From the NCBI GenBank assembly GCA_965223845.1, contig CBDCXR010000004.1:3584001-3648000 (forward strand): a stretch of 64,000 bases of DNA, given 5' to 3'. This stretch comes from Planctomycetota bacterium (GTDB lineage: Bacteria > Planctomycetota > UBA8108 > SXIK01). The position numbers were made by a program, and so were the translations under genes. The notes beneath the pieces were generated by a model, which worked only from the letters and a program-made list of their open reading frames with translations, searched no databases and had not been told where the DNA came from. Every line of letters starts with the position of its first letter. The first letter of the stretch is position 1. Below, one piece after another: positions 57,411 through 64,000 of the stretch.

Positions 57411-60400
57411 TACGCGTTCACCTCACCCGGAAGCGTCTCGCGCGGGACGGATTCTCGGCGGACGTCGACTCGCGGCCACGAAAGGAGCACGGCTCCGAGA
57501 CCGGCCGAGAGCAGACTTCCGACGAGGAATACCGCCAAGGACTCATCATCTCCGAGCGCGTGGACGTTGAGATCCGAGGCGACGCGAACGAGATCGCTCA
57601 CGGTCGCGAGAAGGAGAAGCGAGATGAACACGAACGTCTGCCCGATCGCGCCGCGTGCGACGTGCGAGAGCCCCGCGGAGAAGCGCGAAATCGTGATGCA
57701 GACCGCCCCCCCGACGATGGCGAGTCCAGCGGCGATCCAGCCGCGAGTCTCGGCGAACTCGTGGAATGCCGAGCCGCCGAGGTCCGTCCGCAGCACCTCG
57801 GTCGCGAGACCCGTCCGAGCGGCCGCGACGGCGATCCCGAGCGCGACACCGATGATCCAGAGCATCGTCCCCACGCCGAGCCAGTTCGATCCCTTCGTGC
57901 CGGGCGCCGAGACAAAGAGCCCCCGAACGCGCTCGAGGAGAGGCGACTCGGGCACCTCGTCGGGCCCCCGGAGGAAGAAGGTGAACACCCCGAACGCCGT
58001 ACTCGTGATCGCGATCACGACGAAAACGAGCATCTCCTCCGAGCGGATCGGTAAGGAGATGGCGTACGGGACGACACAGACGCCGAGCGCCGCGCACACG
58101 ACGGAGAGAAAGAACGGACGAAGCGTCCCCCCCCAGAGGTGACCGCGGCGACGGCGGAGCGCCTGGCGGAGAAAGAAGACTCCGAAGACGAAGAGCGACC
58201 AACCCGTCGCGATCGCGGCGAACTGGTGGTACGGGTAGCGGTGCATCACCATGATTCCGACAGTCACGCAACCGAGCGCGCCGAGGAAGAGAGCAAACGC
58301 CGCGACGAAGTAGATCAGTCGAAAGAACACGCGCACCGAGCGGAGATGGTTCGGGAGGCCGGTCTCGTCGCCGACGGGTGCGAGCCGCCGGAGAACCGGC
58401 TCGATCACGATGAAGAACCCGAGGACGAAGAGCCCGCCGAGCTGCATCATGAGCGCCACGAACGACTCTTCGCTTCCGAAGGACCACAGATTCATCGGCG
58501 GCGCCAAGAGGAACACGGCTGCCGAAACAGCGGCTATGACCCCTCCGGTGGCGATGAGGAACGGGCGCAGCGTCCGTCCCCAAAACGACGGTCGCCGCGC
58601 GAAGACTCCCCGGTACACCGCGAAGCCCGCGTAGACGAAGAGCCCGAAGCCGCAGGCGATGCAGGCGAGCATCTCCTCGTTGTCCCGCGGAGAGAATTCG
58701 AGCACTGCCGGCGCGACGAGACACGAGATCGCACCCGAGAGAAGCGCGGCAGCGATCGCAAGCCATACGACTCGGGTGCCGAAGGCAGGTGGTTCGCGAG
58801 ACGGAGCGGCCGGGCCGGCGGCGGCCGCTGCGGGCGACGCGCCCGCGGGGCTCGGCGCGGCAGCCGCGCGGCGGTCGTCCGCCGGCGGTCGGTGCGCCGG
58901 AGTCGGGCCTCGACCGCCGGGCGCATCCGGATCGTCCTCGCTTCCACGGTCTTCGCGGTGGGTTCCGCGACGGCGGGCACGCACCTCACTCGGAACGAAC
59001 GGAACGAGCGAGTTCACGAGGAGCGAGCCCGTGAAGAAGATCGCCGCACACGCGATCGGGTTCCCGCGGAGAAAGAGTGCGATTGCGAACGCGCCGAGTG
59101 CCGCGCCAAAGGCCGAGCTGACCGACACCCGCTCCTGGCGAAGCGGTCGCAAGCGGATCGACCAATCGATCACGACCATCGCGATGAACGCGGGCAGCGG
59201 CCACGCCCTGAACGCGTCGAGCCCGATCGTAATCGGGAGCGCCGCGACGGCGAGAGCGAGGAGATTCCAGCCCATTCCCTTCCCCACCCCGAGCCGCGGC
59301 GCGAGAAAGTAGTGCGTGACGAGAGCGCCGGCGGCGACCCCCGCCGCCGCGAGTGCCATCGCGAAAGCGCGATGGGTCGCGTCGAAAAAACCGTAGACCG
59401 CCGTCGCCCCGAGAAGCACGAGCGCAAGCCGAGTGAGCCGCGCACCGAAGGGGATCGAGTCGAGCGACTCCGCCTCCGCGTGTGAAGGATTCCACTTCGC
59501 GCTGGATCCCGCTGCGCCCGCGACGGGCTCGGCTGTCGGCGGCGGAGGTGGAGGTGGAGGCGGCGGAGGTGGAGGTGGCGACGGAGCTCTCGGCGGAGTC
59601 CCGACGACCGGCGGCGGCGTGACGACCTGCGTCGCCTCGACCGGGGCGCCGAACGTAACGGCAGGATCACCGTCCGCCATCTGCACTCGCCGCGCTGCGT
59701 GCGACAAGCTCGCGGGATTGAACACCGAGACGCTGGTCGTGAGCTCGGGGCTGAGAAAGAGCGCCTCCGCGACTTCCTCGGCACTTTGGTACCGATCCTC
59801 CGGCCGCTTCGCCAAAGTCTTCTTGAGGACGGCGCGAAACGGCTCGTCGATCGACTCGAGATCCGGCTCCGCCGTCAGGTGCTTCATGAGAATCTCGCCG
59901 AAGCTGTCTCCCGTGAACGGGACGACGCCGGTGATGAGCTCGTACATGATCACGCCGAAGGCGTAGATATCGATCGAGCGATGGTAGTGTCCCGATCCGA
60001 TCTCCGGCGCCATGTAGTGAACCGTGCCGACGCTCATCGTCTGCCCGCTCTGATGCGAAGCACTGATGAACTTCGAGAGCCCGTAGTCCCCGATCTTCAC
60101 GAAGCCGTCTTCGTAGAAGATGTTCTCCGGCTTGAGATCGCGGTGAACGATGCCCTGATCGTGGAGGTACGCGAGCCCCTTTGTGATCTCGCGCACGAGA
60201 TAGCCCGTCTTTTGTGTACCGAGTCCCTGCGGATTATCGCGGAGGAGATCGCGGAGCGACGGTCCGGTCACGTACTCCATGATCACGATCGGCATCCCCG
60301 ACTCGCCCGTCCGGACGTCGAAGATCGAGACGAGCTGCGGGCTCTTCAGATTGATGCAGCTGCGCACGCCGCGGAGCTCGATCTCCTCGTTTTGGAAGAT

Positions 60401-60532
60401 CGTCTTCAGCGCGACGTCGCGACCGCCGTCGCTTACGGCGTAATAGACTTCGCCGAAGCCGCCGCGGCCGACCCCGCGCTGAATCGTGTAACCCTCGAGC
60501 GGCCGATCGCCGTGGTTGTATCGAAAGTTCAC
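57410..60532 (-). CDS. Hanks-type Ser/Thr protein kinase with a large polytopic membrane domain
   Basis: GTG 60532; GRGGFG, VALK, HRDLKPEN, DYG, GTVHYMAPE; poly-Pro linker; about 18 hydrophobic helices. Confidence 0.92.
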   Translation of the reverse strand: MNFRYNHGDRPLEGYTIQRGVGRGGFGEVYYAVSDGGRDVALKTIFQNEEIELRGVRSCINLKSPQLVSIFDVRTGESGMPIVIMEYVTGPSLRDLLRDNPQGLGTQKTGYLVREITKGLAYLHDQGIVHRDLKPENIFYEDGFVKIGDYGLSKFISASHQSGQTMSVGTVHYMAPEIGSGHYHRSIDIYAFGVIMYELITGVVPFTGDSFGEILMKHLTAEPDLESIDEPFRAVLKKTLAKRPEDRYQSAEEVAEALFLSPELTTSVSVFNPASLSHAARRVQMADGDPAVTFGAPVEATQVVTPPPVVGTPPRAPSPPPPPPPPPPPPPPTAEPVAGAAGSSAKWNPSHAEAESLDSIPFGARLTRLALVLLGATAVYGFFDATHRAFAMALAAAGVAAGALVTHYFLAPRLGVGKGMGWNLLALAVAALPITIGLDAFRAWPLPAFIAMVVIDWSIRLRPLRQERVSVSSAFGAALGAFAIALFLRGNPIACAAIFFTGSLLVNSLVPFVPSEVRARRRGTHREDRGSEDDPDAPGGRGPTPAHRPPADDRRAAAAPSPAGASPAAAAAGPAAPSREPPAFGTRVVWLAIAAALLSGAISCLVAPAVLEFSPRDNEEMLACIACGFGLFVYAGFAVYRGVFARRPSFWGRTLRPFLIATGGVIAAVSAAVFLLAPPMNLWSFGSEESFVALMMQLGGLFVLGFFIVIEPVLRRLAPVGDETGLPNHLRSVRVFFRLIYFVAAFALFLGALGCVTVGIMVMHRYPYHQFAAIATGWSLFVFGVFFLRQALRRRRGHLWGGTLRPFFLSVVCAALGVCVVPYAISLPIRSEEMLVFVVIAITSTAFGVFTFFLRGPDEVPESPLLERVRGLFVSAPGTKGSNWLGVGTMLWIIGVALGIAVAAARTGLATEVLRTDLGGSAFHEFAETRGWIAAGLAIVGGAVCITISRFSAGLSHVARGAIGQTFVFISLLLLATVSDLVRVASDLNVHALGDDESLAVFLVGSLLSAGLGAVLLSWPRVDVRRESVPRETLPGEVNA

Positions 60533-62172
60533 GCCTCTCGTCCCCCCTTCGCGGCGGCAGTGATGGTAAACGTCACGCCACTCGCCTCGACGGTGGCACC
60601 GAATGCGAGCGGCTCTTCCTCGCCGCGCACGCGGTTGTCGATCACGATCGGTTCCGAGGCCTTCAGTCGGTACGCGCCCCCAGCGGCGCTGAGAACGAGA
60701 CGCTCCGTCGCGTCGCGCGCGACGACGTGACACGACGACTTATTTCCGATGAGGAGGTGCTCATCGACGAGCACGATCTGCCGCACGTCGCCGTGGACGC
60801 GAAGACCCGAGCCGAGCTCGAGCACACCCGTCGTCGTGAGGGCGGACGGCGCGCGAAACGTGATCTTCGCGCGCTTCCCGAGAACGACCTCGTCGCCATC
60901 GGCGAGCAGGTGCTTGTCGACGCGCCGGCCCGCGACGCTCACCGGGCCACGGGCCACGATGAAGTGATCGCCGTCCACGCGCAAGATCTCAGCGTGAACT
61001 CCCTCGAGATCGGCGCTGAGCGCGATGTCGGGGCGGGCAGACGAGCCGGCGCGTCCGATGGTGACACGTTCGGCCGGCATCACGAGAAAACTACCGACTC
61101 CGTCTACCCAGAGCACGGCGGGCCCCTTCCCCGGCGGCCCCTTCGCGAGGGGCGCCGCGCCCGGGGCGGCGACCGGCGTCGTGCGCTGCGGGTCGAACCC
61201 GCGACCGACATCGTTCGTCCCGGCGCCGACGGCCAGCGTCGCGGCGGGGTCGGCTCCGCGCCGGGGCGCGCTCGCCAGTAGACCGAGCGGACCGCTTCGG
61301 AGCGACACAACGGCGCGCTCGACAGCGTCCACCTGCTTCGCGGTCTCCGCGAGCCACTTCGCTCGAGGAAGAATCGAACTCATCTTCCCGATCGCGATCC
61401 GCGCCAACTCCCAGCGCGCGGTCGATATAGCGTCCGCGGCCGCGCGGGACAGGCGAAGCGGCTCCTCCCAGGCTCCCTCGCCGAAGCCGGCGGCACGGAG
61501 CGGCCCGAGGGCGGCGCCGAGCTGCTCGACACGCTCCAGTCGTCCGGCCGAAAGCGCGGCGAGCGCCTCGGTCTCGCCCGCTCGCGTCGCTTCGAGAATG
61601 AGATCGCGCGTTTCCGCGTCGCTCGCGAGCGCGAGGAGGTCGCGCGTCGCGCCCTCGATCGCGGCGAGGACTTCCTTGTGCTCGAGATGGCTCCGCACCT
61701 TGCTGCGCGCGGCCGCTCCAGCTTCCCGCACCGCGTGCACTTCGTTCTCGAGACTCTTCCGCGCCGTGCGCGAAGTCGGAAGCGTCGCGAGTCGACTCTC
61801 CGCGGCGTCGACCCGACCTGCACCGATATGATTTCGCACGGATTCGAGGACGGCACGCTCGCGCAGCTCGTCCCGGCGGGCATCGCGGAGTGTAGAGAGG
61901 ATGCGTTCGCGGAGGTCCGCGGTTCGCGGGCGGTTCCCCCCGAGCTCCTGCGCCCGTTCGACGTCGGCGAGCGCATCCCGCTTTCGTCCGGCGGCGAGAT
62001 GATCTTCCGCGCGGTCGAGAAGCGGGTCGACGAGCTGCTCGCGGATTTCCTGGCCCTGACGGTGGTCCTTCAGCTCCGATTGCGCGGCCACTTCGTAGGC
62101 CTCGTCGAGCCGTCCGGCGCGGAGCGCCGCCTTCGCTTTTTGAAAGAGGACCATCCGGTTGAACATCGGCAT
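60529..62172 (-). CDS. Helical (TPR-like) protein with C-terminal FHA-like domain(s)
   Basis: Ala-rich helical N-terminus; VTIGR...DIAL...HAEI...LADGDEVVLG FHA pattern; second FHA-like unit (LLIGNKSSCHV). Confidence 0.78.
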   Translation of the reverse strand: MPMFNRMVLFQKAKAALRAGRLDEAYEVAAQSELKDHRQGQEIREQLVDPLLDRAEDHLAAGRKRDALADVERAQELGGNRPRTADLRERILSTLRDARRDELRERAVLESVRNHIGAGRVDAAESRLATLPTSRTARKSLENEVHAVREAGAAARSKVRSHLEHKEVLAAIEGATRDLLALASDAETRDLILEATRAGETEALAALSAGRLERVEQLGAALGPLRAAGFGEGAWEEPLRLSRAAADAISTARWELARIAIGKMSSILPRAKWLAETAKQVDAVERAVVSLRSGPLGLLASAPRRGADPAATLAVGAGTNDVGRGFDPQRTTPVAAPGAAPLAKGPPGKGPAVLWVDGVGSFLVMPAERVTIGRAGSSARPDIALSADLEGVHAEILRVDGDHFIVARGPVSVAGRRVDKHLLADGDEVVLGKRAKITFRAPSALTTTGVLELGSGLRVHGDVRQIVLVDEHLLIGNKSSCHVVARDATERLVLSAAGGAYRLKASEPIVIDNRVRGEEEPLAFGATVEASGVTFTITAAAKGGREA

Positions 62173-62453
62173 CTCACCAGGGGTGTCGGCTTCGTGCTCG
62201 AGCGACGCGATCGGAGTCCATCTTACGCGTCGCGAAGACCGCCGGGGCGAGGCGCGTGAGCCAGGGGGCGACTCGCACCCTTACTCCACCTCGCGCTCAC
62301 AGAGAAAGTCGCGGGAGCCCGGCTTCGATTTCACGAAAAGAGCTCGGATCACCTCAGCCATAAATCACTTCAAATTCATGACTTAAGCAGCCCCCCGCGC
62401 AATCGCCCGCGCACCGCGGGCAATTGCGAATCGGAGCCCGGGACCCCGGGTGC

Positions 62454-63431
62454 TCAGCTCCGTCCGAGGGGCTCGTCGGTGATCTCCCACGCGTGGTAGG
62501 AGCTGCGTGTGAGTGGACTGCTGACCACGTGGCGAAATCCGAGCCGCTGCGCGGCGCGCTCGAGCTCTGCGAACTCTTCGGGCGGCACGTACCGAAACAC
62601 GGTGTGCTGCCCCGCCGTCGGCTGGAGGTACTGCCCGACGGTGAGTGCGTCGACGTCCGTTCGCCGGAGATCCTCTAAGACCGCGAGCAACTCCTCGCGA
62701 GTTTCTCCCAGCCCGACCATCAGACTCGACTTTGTGAGGACACTCGGACGCAGTTCCTTCGCGATGCGAAGCGTCTCGAGCGAACGCTCGTAGTCGGAAC
62801 CCGGCCGCACGCGGCGATAGAGCCGCGGCACCGTCTCGACGTTGTGCGCGAACACAAAGAGCGGAGTCTCGACTACGCGACGGATGAGCTCCGGACGCGC
62901 GTGAAAATCGGGAACGAGCGCCTCGGTCCGACAAGTCGGCAATCGCCGGGCGATCGCTTCGATGGTGCTGGCGACGTGATCCGCGCCTTCGTCGGGGAGA
63001 TCATCGCGATTCACCGACGTGAGCACTGCGTAGTCGAGCCCGAGGGACTCGATCACGTCGGCCACGTGCTCGGGTTCGGCGTGATCGAGGGCGAGCGGCT
63101 TCCCCTTCGCGACCGAACAAAACCTACAACCGCGGGTGCAGGTATCTCCCATGAGCATGAACGTCGCGGTGCCGTGGGCCCAGCACTCTCCGATGTTCGG
63201 ACACTGCGCCTCCTCGCACACCGTGTGGAGCCCCTTCTCGCGCAAGACGCGGGACAAGAACCGGAAGCGCTCGTTCGCTGCGAATCGCGTTTTGATCCAC
63301 GGCGGATGCTTCGGAACCGCGCGCGCGCTGGACAAGACGGGGAGCTCCCGGACGACCGGCGATGCACCACGCAGCGGACGGGGATCACTCTCTGAAACGC
63401 GAGCGCGCGCCGAGTCGGTGTCAGGGGGCAT
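62454..63431 (-). CDS. lipA: Lipoyl synthase
   Basis: CEEAQCPNIGEC, CTRGCRFC, HNVETV, GQYLQP, RSSY. Confidence 0.97.
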   Translation of the reverse strand: MPPDTDSARARVSESDPRPLRGASPVVRELPVLSSARAVPKHPPWIKTRFAANERFRFLSRVLREKGLHTVCEEAQCPNIGECWAHGTATFMLMGDTCTRGCRFCSVAKGKPLALDHAEPEHVADVIESLGLDYAVLTSVNRDDLPDEGADHVASTIEAIARRLPTCRTEALVPDFHARPELIRRVVETPLFVFAHNVETVPRLYRRVRPGSDYERSLETLRIAKELRPSVLTKSSLMVGLGETREELLAVLEDLRRTDVDALTVGQYLQPTAGQHTVFRYVPPEEFAELERAAQRLGFRHVVSSPLTRSSYHAWEITDEPLGRS

Positions 63432-63654
63432 CGATCTTTCTTTCGGCGAAGCGAAGCGAGAATGGTCCGCGGATCGTACGATCGTTCGGCGGTGGGCTTT
63501 CCCGAGCGCGAATCGCGCCCGAACACGAGTTCGGATCTGACGGGCGCGCGCGACGGAGAATCGGGGCGCCGATGAGCGCGAGCCGGACTCGGGCCTACAC
63601 TACGAAGACCGAGACCGGCGGGAGACGGAGCGTAACACCGCCGGGGAAAAAAGA

Positions 63655-63729
63655 TGGTTGCCGGACAGGGACTCGAACCCCGACAACCAGGTTCAGAGCC
63701 TGGCGTCCTACCAATTAGACGATCCGGCA
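63655..63729 (-). tRNA. tRNA-Gln(CTG)
   Basis: TGCCGGATCGTCTAATTGGTAGGACGCCAGGCT-CTG-AACCTGGTTGTCGGGGTTCGAGTCCCTGTCCGGCAACCA. Confidence 0.97.
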
Positions 63730-63949
63730 ACGCGATCGCGATTTTATAAGCACCGACCGCACAGGGCGCAACGGAAAACCCATCGCCGGCCGAAGCCGCG
63801 CTGCACGCCTTGTCATCGACTGGGCTCGCCCCTATCTTGAGGCGCTTTGCAGGCGTCGGCGAGACGCGGTTGGGAGCGCCAGGCTCCCCGTTCCGTGCGA
63901 TGCCCTCATGTTTTTCGATTGCTGATCTCGACTCTCGGAAACCTCCGCC

Positions 63950-64000
63950 ATGACGATTCAGATCAAAGGGCGCGTGGCGCTCGTCACGGGAAGCTCGACC
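63950..64000 (+). CDS. Probable SDR-family oxidoreductase (first 17 codons only)
   Basis: MTIQIKGRVALVTGSST matches the classical SDR N-terminus. Confidence 0.65.
   Translation, partial: MTIQIKGRVALVTGSST

Noticed and set aside
62300-62340. Possible ECF promoter (TGAAAT...CGACT on the minus strand) upstream of the FHA-kinase-sigma operon
   Set aside because: Single instance with no known consensus for this sigma; cannot be supported without upstream alignments of orthologues.
1-64000. Abundant CTCGAG/GTCGAC/CGATCG palindromes as a dispersed repeat or CRISPR signal
   Set aside because: Plausibly explained by codon pairs (CTC GAG, GTC GAC, GCG ATC) in high-GC genes; no regularly spaced repeat-spacer array seen. 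Enrichment was not computed.

Overview
GC-rich bacterial chromosomal window, inferred to come from a Planctomycetota/PVC-type organism (PVC-type CxxCH dehydrogenase-like protein, tandem DUF1080, LTD-CotH and dockerin-like secreted proteins). I found no mobile element or CRISPR array. Housekeeping genes: partial ppdK, 7Fe ferredoxin, ugd, proB, namZ-like, polA, ALDH7-type dehydrogenase, fabF, LOG, lipA, tRNA-Glu(CTC), tRNA-Gln(CTG). Most notable: (1) a translationally coupled four-gene unit of a helical/degenerate-FHA protein, a Ser/Thr kinase with about 18 TM helices, a membrane protein and an ECF sigma fused to a zinc-finger anti-sigma-like domain; (2) three unrelated secreted proteins ending in the same dockerin-like tag; (3) a HEAT-repeat protein with a histone-H1-like tail; (4) two candidate structured RNAs, a short 6S-like RNA at about 39.2 kb and a 205-nt stem-enclosed element at about 2.4 kb; (5) an orphan PhnD-like binding protein next to a double histidine kinase. 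All calls rest on motif recognition by eye; no database searches were run, and several start codons are approximate.
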